This document shows positions 26,428-40,264 of a DNA stretch of 64,000 bases, in pieces (the stretch's first letter is position 1; every line of letters starts with the position of its first letter). The translations under genes were made by a program, and so were the position numbers. Location: positions 5,218,845 through 5,282,844 of the forward strand of contig SMSO01000014.1 of NCBI GenBank assembly GCA_004764695.1. Direction: 5' to 3'. The notes beneath the pieces are model-generated. The model was not told the DNA's origin and did no database searches. It saw nothing but the letters and a program-made list of their open reading frames with translations. Source of the DNA: Schizochytrium sp. TIO01 (taxonomy: Eukaryota; Protista; Bigyra: Labyrinthulomycetes).

Positions 26428-28510
26428 ATCCTTTACTGGCCAGCCACTTTGCATAGAAAAACACCAACAATCTCTGCATGACCTGGCATCCATATACTCT
26501 CTCAAATCCTAACCCCAGCAAAATTTTTTGCAAACACCATAGACTTTCCGTAGCATTTGTTGACGGTACAACCTCTTTGTGCGTGTGAAGGCAATCATTT
26601 GGTCACACTCATGAGTGCAGCATAGCACTAGTGAATGATATCGTTTTGATTTATTTCTGCGCTTTCTTCCCGTGCGTGCGAACTACGAACTTCGTAAAAC
26701 CATTTTTTTAAAAGTAACCAAAAAAAATAGTATTGCCTTCATGTTTATATCTACCGTTTCACCACTACCCTCTGTATCTATGTATGCAGAGCAGAACATT
26801 TTACTATCATTTGAATCTCTACAAAGTCGGGCTCGTGACAACTCCAGTGTTGTAGACTGTAATGAGTTTTATGACTCTACCTGATAGTAAGGTTGTTCGC
26901 TACACTTTGCGTACAAGGAACTCGTCACTGAACCCCACTCACCATTTAAGGCTTCGTTTAACCATTTTTTCGAAGGTGCAAGCTCTCATAACAAATATAC
27001 AACAAAATATCGAACTGTGACTCTATCTTGTTCCTGCAAAAGTTGCTTTTGCAAGTGATTTTGGGCCACGCCACATACTTCCAACAAAATATTTGGAGAC
27101 CTTGTTTTAGAAATTTATTATCTGCACATCGTGAAAGAAGTAAGATTCACATAACTCTCCGCTTTACATAAGTTCATATTTGAAACCATAAACTTTGTAA
27201 GGACAGGAAAACCAAGGAAGTACAAAAAAAAAGTGCATGAAAAAAAAAAGAAGAATGACCGAGTTTCTTTATATTTGGGTAGAAGGGAAGGGAGGGATGG
27301 GATAAAGTAAAAGTAGATAATGCGAGGACTGAAGATACGAATGAGGTGCATCGTGCTGTGGGAAAAACCACGTTTAGCACGAATGTGGCGAAAGTAGGAA
27401 GAAAAACCTTTAAATAAGCCAATGAGTTCTTGCATGTATTTATTTCGAGTTTCGTTACCTTTGTTTCCATCCTTGAATTTCGAATTGGATTTAAAATTTG
27501 CCAGAGTGAGGGGCTCATTTCGTGCATACAGATTTTTTTTAATAATAAGACCGCATGCAAGATGAATAATACGAATTGAGCTGAAGAGAATCAAATGTGT
27601 CAATGGAAGAAAGATAGAAAAGAGAGAGGCAGACATATCCTTCAGGATGCAGGTGTTGAGCACAAACAGACCAAACCTCCCCAATAACGCCATTGCGCCG
27701 GCTCATCAGCACATTGACAATTGAAGAAATGATGGCGTGGCTGTGTCAGAGAGGCGGACAAATATATATATATATGTATAACCACTAGATGCAGCGATGA
27801 GAAAGATTCAGAAAAAGCCCAAAATTCGTGTCCACACCTCCACACGCCTTTAAAATAACAACAAGTGAAGAAGGCAGACACTAAATAATTTGCTCTCGGA
27901 AAACCTTTGCATATGGTGCCAAACATCTGCAGAAAAAGGTGATCTTACGATTGCCTGCGTTTCCTGCCAAATGTCTTGCACCAGATTTTAGACCCCTTCG
28001 ACTAAAATTCTTCCTCCTCATAATACCCTGCACGAGAAGAGATATAAATGATGCGCCGCAATTATTTACCATCCACACTACGCCCGAACCAGCCATCCTA
28101 GTTTTTCTCCAAGGAAAATAAAGGAGTGTCCGCGCAGATGAAAAGCAACTAATTAGAGAGAGCCAGCTTGAAACAATTTTGAAAATGATGCATTGTCCTA
28201 TTTCCTTTCAACACACGGTGTTGAGGTATTAAACACGCACTAATCAAAACAGGCCAAGGAACATCTGAAGGACCTCTGGACCTTGATCAGACTAGATGTT
28301 TTAGACACACAAGGCAGCAATTTTGCATGACAAGAAGAACAGTAAAGAGAGAACGGGGAAGCCTATGTGCAGAACAACTCATACTCTCCTTTAAAAAGGA
28401 TAGTGTGAAAGTTTCTGAGAGATGGTAGAATGGCTTGGCAAGAATCTAGACAGTATAGGAGCGCGCATGAGAGGCTGCTTATTACATCCACCAAACAGAC
28501 ATGACTCTCA

Positions 28511-29554
28511 TCATGCCCATGCGGATGATGCAGAGGGCACGAAATGACCACTAGTCTGCTTTCCCTGCGGACCAGCATTCTGCCCATTAACAGCCTTTCC
28601 ATAACCATTCGTGCCATTGTGGTTTATCCCTTGCTGCATTGCACCCCCATTTGGATGAACACCAGGGTGTTGAGCATGCCACATGCCTCCACCATACGCA
28701 ACCGGGTTGTGGGGTGCCTGCACATTGTTCGGGACAGCAGGGACATACATCTGCTGTGATGGTGGAACAAACCCAGGAGGAACCATGCCGACGTTCGGAA
28801 CAGCCGACCTGTCCGTTCCTATTGCACTTCCAGGGACCCCGGGAACGTTGTCTACATGCACCCATTCATACTCACCAGAGACTTGCCGATGCGGATCGTG
28901 ACCGCCATGTGCCTGTTGTTGCGGGTTGATAATTGGAGCTTGTGCTTGCTGCATATGTGCCTGCGATGGTACTCCACCCATGGGAGTAGCCTGGTGCATA
29001 GGTACAACTGGTGCCTGGGGTGCAGGTAATGCCTCAGGCTGCCTTGGAATCGACTTGCTTGCTGACATGTTCTTCAAGGTACCGTGATAGGTATTGTAAT
29101 TGTCTGTCGTCACAAACAAATTGAATCCAAGAAGAAACAACATCTCCAGCTCCAGCTCATTTATCTCGTTCCGGGGAAGACCACCTACTGCCGAGTAGTG
29201 AGCGTTGTCCAAGTAGTGATCGTCAAAAAACTTGGCGGCTAGAAGTGTTGCTGTGATCACAAGGCGGTGCACATTGAGTGCATCGAGCGGGATATCCTTG
29301 TTGGTGACGAGACGATCAATGTATATGAGCATAAGAATAAAGCACTCTGTTGAGCATCCAGAAAATTGCGCAATACGCTGTAAATAGTCGCTCAAGGGGA
29401 TCGAAGGGGCACGCAGGCCGTGAAACTTGGTCATTTTTGTATGTACAGAGTTCCTACGTTGCTCTTCGCCCTTGCGGACGAGTTCCTCAAGAATAGAGGC
29501 AATGACTTCCAGGAGCGCTTTGGCTCCTGGTTCGCGTTCACCCATCATCAGCAT
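28511..29554 (-). CDS. P/U-type (PHO80-like) cyclin with Pro/Gln/Gly-rich C-terminal tail
   Basis: FHGLRAPSIPLSDYLQRIAQFSGCSTECFILMLIYIDRL, NVHRLVITATLLAAKFFDDHYLDNAHYSAVGG, EINELELEMLFLLGFNL. First ATG at 29554 (track starts at TTG 29584). Confidence 0.93.
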   Translation of the reverse strand: MLMMGEREPGAKALLEVIASILEELVRKGEEQRRNSVHTKMTKFHGLRAPSIPLSDYLQRIAQFSGCSTECFILMLIYIDRLVTNKDIPLDALNVHRLVITATLLAAKFFDDHYLDNAHYSAVGGLPRNEINELELEMLFLLGFNLFVTTDNYNTYHGTLKNMSASKSIPRQPEALPAPQAPVVPMHQATPMGGVPSQAHMQQAQAPIINPQQQAHGGHDPHRQVSGEYEWVHVDNVPGVPGSAIGTDRSAVPNVGMVPPGFVPPSQQMYVPAVPNNVQAPHNPVAYGGGMWHAQHPGVHPNGGAMQQGINHNGTNGYGKAVNGQNAGPQGKQTSGHFVPSASSAWA

Positions 29555-31120
29555 TGGTGCTATGTGAGTGATAGGCTCAAACAAGAGCCAGAGGGGCTTT
29601 TAACCTCTTGCAGTGTTTGCTGTTTGTGAGCACAATGTGTAGCCGGCTCTTCTGATAGCAGTCTCGCGAGACCTGCGTGGTAAACAAAGACCTGATTTTC
29701 TAATGCTTCAAATCCAAGGTTCAATCCAAAAGGATAGTACAAGGCCTACTAACCCCGGTGTTTTATGCGAAGGACAAGCGGATGTACAATCAGTGAGCCT
29801 TCCTCAGCAATGAAACAAGGTAGAGATAGCTGCGAATAGAGGGGCCTTGGAGTCCTTAACGTAGAACGTCTGAGAAGACACAGAAGAACAGAAACGGCGA
29901 AACAAAAAGAAAATTGAAGGAGCAGTGGAGAATTACAGAGCAATTCAAATTCAAAGATGAGGACCACACAGAAAATGAAGGTCTTAATATGCTCTACTCC
30001 AAGAAGCCTTGATTATCCTCAGGTTAATTTTATCTGAGACTGCAGCAGAGCACGTCTGTGCAGTGTCTCGGCGGACCGGAAGAAGTCTTCTCTTCTCGGC
30101 GCACCCGTGCGCTAGAAAGAGAATATCGATACTGCGAAGATGAGAGAAAAAGAGATGGAGAGAAGACACAGCCAGAAAAGAAAAGGGGGAGCACCGCCAC
30201 AACGACGAGGAGAAAAAGGGAGGGGAAGAAAGCGCTGGCGCACGTAGACGAAAAGGGGGAGCGCGAGAAGCACTACTGATGAGAATGAAAAAAGAGAGTA
30301 GAGCAAAAGTACAGACTGAGAGAGATACCTGAACGAAGGTCCTCGTGGCGAGATGTCCAAAACAAACAGAGTCACCAGCCACTCATTCGTTAGAGCGCCG
30401 TACAGGGATCCTCACCTCGTAAGCAAGGTGGACCGCGCAGGCCCCTCGCGGCCGTTTCTCTCCAGACGCAGGCGCCCTTTCTCTTGGCACCTGGCCTACC
30501 CGCAAGTGGACTGCTCCAAATCGCTGGCGGCGGCTTGCCTGTCTCTGTTTTCTCTACTATTTCTGTTATTTCTGCTATTTCTCCTTTTCCCTCCTCCTTC
30601 TTCTTCTTCTTCCTTTCCCTTCTTTTTCTTTCAATTTTTTTAATAAAATTTCTTTCTCCATTCTTTTCTTTTCATCTCCTTCAATAATGGACGATGGCCT
30701 TACCCTGGCACTTAGTTAATACTATAGAATGCGAATATATACGGACCTACCTAGCTCCTATGATCTAAGGTAGCAGTAGGGTTGTACTACAGCAGTATGG
30801 TATGATGGTCATAGGCATCTACAGTATAGGATGGTATGGTACGTATCCTTCACAAATCATTCGTTCACTCATTCATTCCATTCCACTTCTTCACTGATTG
30901 TTTCTTCTGCCTTTCTCCACTTTGTTTTCCTCATCTTCCTTTTCTTTTCTTCTCAAACCATAGTTTCTTATACTTCTAGTGAGAACATATCACTACTACC
31001 ATACTCCCTATTCGCAGGTGTCTTTTCTCTCTTCTTTCTTCTCCTATCGCTGAGGCACCTATTGACTATTACTTTTGAAGAAACAGGAAACAGCTCATCA
31101 GCCGTCGAGACCTTCGGACT

Positions 31121-31342
31121 GCTTCTTCTTCTTATTCTTCTTCTCTTCTTCTTCTCCTTCTCTTCTCCTTTTACTTTACTTCTTCTTCTTCTTCTTTTTC
31201 TTCTTCTTCTTCTTCTTCTTCTTCTTCTTCTCCTTCTCTTCTCCTTCTATTTTACTTCTTCTTCTTCTTCTTCTTTTTCTTTTTCTTCTTCTTCTTCTTC
31301 TTTTCCTTCTTCTCCTTCTTCTTCTCCTTTCCTCTCTCTCTC
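31121..31342. repeat. Imperfect (TTC)n polypyrimidine tract
   Basis: ~220 bp almost purely C/T on the + strand. Confidence 0.93.
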
Positions 31343-34300
31343 TCCGTCTGAGGTGCTGTCGTGGAGCCTATCAAGTACCTCCTAGGCATTACTCATAGCT
31401 GGCCCCTCCAAACTTCCTTGGGTATCGAGGCAAGCATTCAATACCTATACCTAGGCAGTAATACCTAGCTATAAGCACGTAGTACCTTTCACCTCACAAT
31501 CAATCTTCGCATCAGCACTATTGTAGCAAGTAGCCTATTCACTTACGTAGCCCTGACAGCACTACCACTACTTTGAGTATCTACCTATCAGTAACACTAT
31601 CAGGTATATACTGCCTAGGTATTCACTAGGTCAAATAGCAGTCCGGTAGGTAGTCAACAAAGTGGACTATCAAGAGTTTATGAATCCATCCGGTTTCGAG
31701 ACCTAATAGACTTATCGCTAATAGAGCCATTAGAAAATAACGATGATGGATTTTTTTAATCTACTTTATACTTACATAAAACTTTTCATGATGGAGATAT
31801 AAATAAGAGTCAACATTAATACTACTCTGGGGAGCTTTTTGGATCCACACAACGCCTCCTATCAAACCATCCCTTCTACGCAAAACTATAGCACTAATAC
31901 CTAAAATGCTATTCACTATCCAGCAATACTAAACCTTTATCTTAATTATATCTATCAATTAGTAATATCTACCTACCAGGTACACCTGAGTGAGGGAGAG
32001 AAAGAAGCAATGAATGAATAGAACCATTGATCAATGACCATTGACCATTATCAGTGAGGCCGTGAGCGAGTGAGCGGATGGATGAAGCAAAGAATTGAAC
32101 AAAAAGAAGGCTAATCAGTTCAAAAGTACATGGGTACCTAACGTACCTACCCTCCTTCTCGATAGCTAGCTAGTTGCATCGTCACTTATTTGCTCTCCGT
32201 TCTAATCATATCCATTGTTTCATCATCAATTCATACTTTGGAATGCCATTAGCCTAAGTCTGTAATAAAGCAAAGGCCCTTCCGTCGCCAATACCCAAAA
32301 CTTCTCTCTCTTTGCTTTTTATCACGATGCTCTTCATGACCAAAGCACACATAGGAAAATCAAGGAGAGCCTTAAGGACAGAGGAGGTTTTTTACATGCC
32401 ATTGAGCTAATATTTTAGTATTATCTCTAGAGGTAGCTTATAGCACAGATTCTTTCATTTTCACTCTTCCTTCGAAGTTCAAAGTTTGTAGTTTGCTAGT
32501 AGTTTGCTATTAGTAGGTAGGTTTAGTAATGTCTTTTTAATTGTATAGGCCTCTATATAGGCTATAGGCTACCCTATACATATAGTCTCTAATCCATTAG
32601 TACGTAAATGAGTGAGCTTTTACCCAAGGTGCTAATACCGAAAAGATTTTAACTTATTCCCTCTAACTAATGAGAGTGTACACTAACTAGCTTGAATAGT
32701 CACTAACTAGAGGTACGTACCTATCAATCTAATCTCTAGAGAACGCCTAAAACCACTGGCTTCACCACTATGGTAGTTCCTCCTAGTTGGAGCCTTTATG
32801 GTGTATTGGTAAGAACATATTGCACCACATGGAACAAATTGCGATATCTGCAGCGCCCCATCACTCCAAATTCACTTTACAAACACTACCTAGATTTCTT
32901 TTTAAAGCTTAGGCTGCATCTCCGGGTCATCTCTGTTTCGTTTCTAACTCTTGTTTTAGAGAACCCGAATGATTGCTTTGTCTGTTTTAAATACAAAGTT
33001 AGGTCTTGTAGTGGTAGCCCTCCTAACTAGATCGATAGATCGATGACTGTATCAAGATTAATGATTCATCATGACGTGATGAGTGATTGGATTTCCCTAC
33101 CCTGTTACCATGCTAGGTAACAAATCCGCATGCTCACTCGAGAGCTGCCTCTGCCTATCTTTTACTTGGGGGGGATTCATTTCAATTCAATGATCGTCGA
33201 AATATTATATTTGATGAATTGTTATCAGTCGAGACCACTCTTTGACATTTATAGTTTGGCCATTAGTATGATCCTGAGGTACGATATTTCTGTTTCTCGT
33301 GACTGATTATTTTGACTTTGTGATCTTCTACCCACGTGGAAGGAATCATAAGAATAGCCTCTGGCTGTGAGAATGAAGGCTACTCTTGCAAACTAGTATA
33401 TACTCTATGCTTGTCAGAATCGTTTCGAGGAGATGAAGATGGTACAGACTGAAGGTAAAACGAACCCTGCAATATACCGTGCAGCGTACCTGATCAGCTA
33501 TTCTCCAAGTTTAAAGTTTATTTCACCTATTTGTGCACTGGACAAGAACAACCAGTATTTTTCGTTGTTTGTCCACGCCTGTCGGGAAGCAAGTGAAGGC
33601 TTTGCTAGAACTAACCAAGTAAAAGCATGGTGCATAGTAGTACTACCCAGGTACTTAGGTAAAGCCTGTGGTGAAAGTCTAAATTTCATCTGTGGTAGTA
33701 ATAGTGATGTCGTTGTTATCCCAACCTAAAATAAAATCTTATTTTAGTTACGGACATCATCACATAAAATGAACCGCAACCTGAGTGTTGTAGTAGCGTG
33801 GCACAAATCTTTTTCCGCGCTCTCCATTTTAATTTATTTTGAAGAACCTAAGTGGAAAGCAGTCATTTGGTCTAACATTTAGTAGGTATCCAATCTGACA
33901 GACCTCGAAATTCCTGCGCGGGAACACACAATATAAAATGGACTTTGAAGTCTTAAATCCTGTTAGCTTTATCTTTACTTTCGCGGGTGTCCTATTATTT
34001 GTTTTATAATCAATGGCATAACCATGGAAACCAAGACGCCCTTCAACATATTACGTTTATATTAACTTTCGAATATAAGTAAGTAAACTTCCATGAAGAT
34101 CATGGTAATTATTCCCAAGAGGATACATAGTATGCAGTGTGAGGACGCCAGCTGACATAACCAAAAGATGAAGATAGGTGCAGCCTTGAAACTTTAATAA
34201 ATTAATTATTATGGCTGTGCTTTTTGCTGGAACAAACCTAATTCTTGTTCTGTACAAATTTACTATTTCCTTACATTTCTTCACTGTCTCCTTCAGCAAC

Positions 34301-37300
34301 AACTTCTAGGACCATAGTCCATTTGCCCGGAGAGATGGGGTGCAAACTTGTTTAATAAGTCTGTCATCATAGATAAAGACACTTAAAGTCTGCAGGAAAC
34401 CTTCGAGCGAGGATGCGTGCAGCATCCTTTTTGCTCGCCTTTCCGTTCGTGTGGACCCGTGCCAAATCCAAAAATGTTAATAGGTCTAATAGGTCCTTAT
34501 TGAGGAAAGGTTCTAGTTGAGACCTTTCAATAAGTTGCGTGGATCCAGTGTTGAGCGGTCTGAGCAGTATCAATATAATGGACACAAAATCTCGAGCTTC
34601 GACATTGTGAAATTTGAGACCTCTCTAGTATTATTAAGGGCTATACAAAGGCGTGACTAATGACCACTCATGGATACCTAGAATACCCCAGTCCCTTATA
34701 TAGACCATAGACTATCCCTCGACAAGTATTCCTACCAGGAATACTGCTTTTTTTTGAAGATCTGCATATTGAATTTATTCAGTCTATATCGAATGAATAT
34801 AACTGTCACGCCTGCGAATCTCTGACCGATAGTGATCAACGTGAGGCTTTTTTTAACAGAGTACTTCAGGCAAGACTTATTTGGCGCATTAAGTTAAGTT
34901 TGTGAACAGGAATTATGAATAATAGGTAGCCACGGCACCTGCAAGTACTACTTGAGCCTATTTTCTAAAGATTTGCCTATAGAGTTAGCCCTGTGAATGT
35001 ATCAGTATAAACTATGATCCCATCAAGAACTTTACACTGAAACCAAATGGAACATTTATTCTCAATTCAGCAAACACTAATCAGAAATTGAATTACGTGA
35101 ATGAACGAAAAATCGATGCAAATATTTGGAAAGTAGAGACTATATGAAATCAGGATTACAGATAGAACGAAGAAAACGAATACATTGGTTATGCTTTTAA
35201 AGGTGTCTTTCTCCTGTTAGTCTCGAGTAATGTTGACTTTTACTCGCCTCTAGGTTCTAATTCATTGTATGCCCTAAAAGCGCGCATTTATATTCTGACG
35301 TATACTTGCTTGGATACTTGTACTTCGCAGGCCGTTATTCACGAGTCTCGTAGCTAATTTAAGTCATAGAGCTCATAAATTTAGTCTTGAAACTCTTACG
35401 CTCGAAACGTATAGCGTGATCTTCAATGGGGAATCATTTTGATCATACGCAGCCAGAAACTTTGGGCAATTTCTATAATTTCAAAGATACTAAGTTGAGT
35501 ATATGGGTATGCTTTCGAGCTACTTCTGAGCCATCTATCAAGTCTACCATCTTTTGTAGCTGTACAACCATTTAATATGTAGAAGTGACTCGCCCCTTCA
35601 AAGAACAGCGCAAGTACTTTGTACAACTGAGATTTTGTATAATTGTATATCGAAAAAAAAAAATCATTCGAGTAAATATTTAACATGCATAGCAAAGCAA
35701 AGTTTGAAAATAGGAGATTACTAACTTGCTAGTTTTTATAAATATTCATCTGAGCTGGCTGCTGAGATCTCCAATCGAAGGAACCGCGGACAAGACATAG
35801 AGTTATCGATGTCTCGCTGTAAAGACCTCGCCGACCTAGGGCTTACAATAAAGCACAACTAGACCACCAGGCTTACGTGGTTGCTGAAGCCAAGAACCAA
35901 AAGCGTGACTACACATTACCTAGATCCAAGTATGATGCAATTTGAATTGATGGTTGAGGAGGTTAAATTAACCTAACCCTGTCACGTGTCTTCAGCATCC
36001 TAATTATTACATGAATTAGACTGCCCTGGGATTCATTTCCAGGACAGCAGTTCGCTACCCCTTCAAATCATTTCTTTTAAATGCTTCATCAAGACTCTCT
36101 CCATCATCTTCACAGTCGACCTCCATCTGCCCAGGTTCATGTTTCAGCATTGGCAATGATAGTCGTTCTAAGTGTTGAGATCACCAAGAAAAGGATCATA
36201 TTAGTTAGACTTTGTAAAAGATCCTAGCAAACCAGTGTATGGCCTAACATGCTGGTCCATGTATAGTGCCAGAACTAGACAATCAGAGAGTAGCTAGAAG
36301 TTTAAGGTACTAACTTGTATCACGGCTATGCTCAATGTAATCATTGGTCTAAAGATCTGAACTCATAGTCAAGGAGAAATTCCACTCATCAATTTCCATC
36401 ATCTGCAGAAGACCAAATCATCAGCTTTAGTTTATCAAAAATCATGCAAACTGGGAGGTATCGTAGTTTCTACGATCAATGAATTGCAAATTTCAAACAT
36501 TTGAGAGCATAAATCCTTCCAAGTATTTTTCGATACCTTCGAGATCCCAAGTAGCGTGCTTACATGCTGTCAATCGCCTTCGGACTATCTGAATTAATTA
36601 CTAAACCACTATAAAGTGTTTTTGTTTTTTTTTAAGTCCCCAGACAGCTAAACAGAATGAATGTTTAGTTGATGTCTTTTTAATAGGTCCACAGCTGCAA
36701 TCTCATTTCAATACGTGATTCGATTTGCAACATGGTTCGCGGATTTAAAGATGGTATCAGCAATTTGAATATGGCTAGGATTTTTAGCGAAGTAAACGGG
36801 AAACAACTAAATGTAGCAGGTTTTTGCAATCCCCAAGACCCATATAAACCCCAATTAGCATGCGTAAGCCTGCACCTCGAACAATTTAAAAGTAAGTTGT
36901 CACAGCATATGTACATAAATGAGTTTTAGGGAGGGGATTAGGAGAAATTCTCTTCATCATTTAAAATGTTATGAATACTTTGCAAAGACTCGATTGTACC
37001 CTCACAAAAAGTTGGAATGTCTAAATTGAAAAATCAAATTGAAAATGGAACCCTGGTAGATCTGCGCAACTTCCACGCTCATATATACAAAACTATTGCA
37101 AGATTTAAGATTCTGTAACAATAAGACGAAATAATTTTATGTCTGGCCGGAGTCGATTTTTTGAGCTAACAGTTCATTAGAATAGAAATGGATCACTCTA
37201 ATAAAAAAATAGATCGTTTTTCTTTTACCTTTATTTTATGCAAAGTTCATTCCAAGGAATGAAAACAGAGATCTTGATTATAGTAAGTTCTGTAGAGCCC

Positions 37301-39937
37301 AGATGACATTCGTTTCATCTGCAAGACCCTTTTTGAAGAACCTACGTCATTTGCCCAGCGCGACGAGGATATTTAAGCACAGATGGCTTGTATTCACATC
37401 ACATGGTGTAGAGCCTCATTTGAACGCTAATTCTCCATTGATTCTTATTTTCCCTTTTGAGTGACCTCGGTTATCTGATCTTCAATAAACACTGAAAACT
37501 TGTTTCTATTGCCTGTTCGGTGCATCTATGAGTTTACATCCCCTTTCGCTAGTCCCGTAAAGACATCCTCAAAAACTCTCCAATATGGAAGTCAGGAAAA
37601 CCAACCATTTCGAGCAGTTACTTCAATTATTACTTCAATACCCCCTCTTTCTGGGCGTGTCTGACTGAAAATAATTTATAACCTTTCATTTGATTTGCCT
37701 CCGAGAGGGTAGCATGAAAGTTTCTGTTGGCTGCAATGCAACCGCGGACTGGGGTAGATAGCTATCGTTAGTCCCCTCTGTGCACTCTGGGACAGCCTGA
37801 GGCATCAAGGACATCCCTTGGAGGCTCGTGCCTTTTTCTGTTTCTCCATCGTTCAGTGTCTTGCTCATGCGCCTTCCATTCAATCTTGTACCGTAGTTTG
37901 TTTAGTTCTCGCTACATGCTCCTAATTTTGCCGCAGGAGACAGCAGCACCAACACACGTGGTGATGGAAAGGACTGCCTACATTACACAAGAAAGAAAAA
38001 CGTGCCGCGGTGCAGCGAGTTCCCTGTTACTACTACAGCCTTCTTTCTTTAGAGACTTCCTTGCCTGAATGCTATCGAGTAATAGTGGTGTGCCTTGTCT
38101 TTCACCTATTAATAGATACGGACAAGTCCGCACGAAACAGCCCATCCTCAAAGAGGAGATTTCTGAACTGTATTTTTTCGTTTCTGCGAAGGGAAAAAAT
38201 AATTGGATATCAAGTTGAAGACATCGGACCATTTTCCACCCCCTTTTGCTACCGATCACGATCATACAAGTTGGAAGCTTTAACGTGCTCAGACACATTT
38301 TTGTTATTTTTATGTGCGTTGCTTCGTTTGTTCTTTTAATGTTCCCTTTGCTTCTTTGCTATAACTTGTAGGCTCTTCTCAACCTGAGAATATCTCCATG
38401 ACACCAAGAAGGAATCTTCGTTGTGCCCTGTTTGATGTGGCCCTTTCATTTAATCGAATGTAGGCATCTACTTGAAATACAGGATGAAAAAGGAACATTC
38501 TAATTATCATATGCTACTTAGAATATGTAAAATGCATTTTCTTCGAACGGAAGCAGTACAAACTTGACTGTATGGAGAATTACACTACCCCTCGGAGATT
38601 TGATGCTGTCTTATATAATCCATTTCAGCTAGAATATGCGGTCGGAGAGCAGCCTCTCTTGACAAGATCGAGAAACTGCCATAGGTTTTTAGTTTTTAAC
38701 TTTTGCCCTGGCGACCATCAGAAACTCGTGGGTTAGTGCAAAAGCTTTCTTTAGCTCAAGGCGAAATAAGTTCATACGCTAATCTTCTAATGATCTCTCA
38801 TATTAGAACTACAAGAGACCTTTTCATTGTGTATCATTAAAAATAAAAAACAAAAAACAAAAAACTGTAAACTTAAATTTGATCATCAGAGGTTTAAGAG
38901 AATAGAAATGGATTCACATTTCATTAATAGATGTTACTAATGAAATTAACAGTTTGCTGAAATGAATCTTCACTATCTGCAGAGCCGTCTACTAGAATGT
39001 GAGGTTGTATGCAACAATAACTTTAAGATGATCAGAAGAAAATTCAACTACCAATTAATCACACAAAACTGCTGCCTTTTGCTGAGCATAAAGGTTTTAA
39101 CCAGTTGCCCTTCTCAGGTGCCTTCTTTTTCTGATTTTCTCTATGTCTCGTAGAGAATTGAAGAATTATTTCCCTAGAAGGAGGCTAGTTTCTTCTCTCA
39201 TTCTCTCTGCAATATGAAAAGCTTCGACGTAGAGCGCAAAACAAAATTTTCAGTTAAATTTTGGATGAAAGGGGGAAACCTCTGTCGAGTTTCCTATTCT
39301 TGCATTGCGATTTTATAGTGTCTCAATTGATTTAGGCTTTCCTGCGATTTGTAATAGCTTCAGTTTCTATTCGGGAAACTAGATCACTCAAATATATCAT
39401 CATTACTCTGGTACCTTGAGGATATGGGGCGTTTGTGCTCTCGAATGCGTCACTAATGAATTGGAGCCTGAATTAATTGATTTGATTGCTTTATTGCTGA
39501 AAGGAGATACTGATTAGCGTGAGGTTGACTGTAAAGATGAAGGTAGGAAGCTTGATTTAAATTGATCTTCCAACTTTCTCAACAGCTTTCACGTTCGCTG
39601 GCGACTCCCCATTTTTCTTCTTGATCCATGAAACACAAACTAGATAAACTATTACGGTCTTGCAATATACAATTCAATTGTGCAATCGTATTTAAATATA
39701 GGTAAATACATAAGAATCACAAGCTTCATTGATTTGATGATCCCGCATATAATATACCAAGAAGTTTGAAATAAATACAAGTAGTATAGGACCTTTTCTA
39801 TTTATTTAAATTACATCTATAAGTTTAAAACCTACCTAAGAGAAACCTTTCCTGCATATTATACTATACAGTTTATACTGTCAACTAATAATTGTTGACT
39901 GAGAGTTCAAGCTCTACGTCCTCTGACATTGGATTTT

Positions 39938-40264
39938 ATAGAGTTCTAGTATGGTTGCAGGCTTTCACACCGCCATACCTCTACGCAGAAACCTGAAGTA
40001 CGTGCCCAGCTCGACCTTAGAAACTGTATTCTTTGGGCAACGCGGTCGCAACTCCGAATGCAACCGAGGCATACGGGCGCAAGAGCTCGGTTTTGATGCC
40101 GCGATGTGCCTCAAGGAGCTATAGATTGCTCAACCCGCTTCTATCGCTCCCAAGGCATCATGTGGCTCTGCATGTGACCAACGAAGGCGTAGTACATCTA
40201 TAAGACACCTAAACTACTATGGCTGGACGCGAAGGTTCGTTAGCGAGAGGAGGTCTAAAGGACC
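39938..40264. ncRNA. Candidate structured non-coding RNA (unassigned)
   Basis: GC-richer island in AT-rich intergenic DNA made of successive stem-loops (TAGAG/CTCTA with GTATGG/CCATAC; TGCCCA/TGGGCA; AACCGAG/CTCGGTT; TGCCT..GGAGC/GCTCC..AGGCA; GTAGT/ACTAC). No credible ORF. Confidence 0.35.

Noticed and set aside
27118-27693. 191-aa minus-strand ORF
   Set aside because: Phe/Leu-rich translation of T-rich sequence downstream of the cyclin (likely 3' UTR); no motif.
30276-30295. CTGATGA..GAAA hammerhead-like core
   Set aside because: No stem II and no convincing flanking stems.
30831-31398. 184-aa and 107-aa hydrophobic ORFs
   Set aside because: Created by the TTC polypyrimidine tract, which lacks stop codons.
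35960-35980. Isolated AGGTTAAATTAACCTAACCCT telomere-like palindrome
   Set aside because: Single short motif without the structural context of the 22.7-kb cluster.
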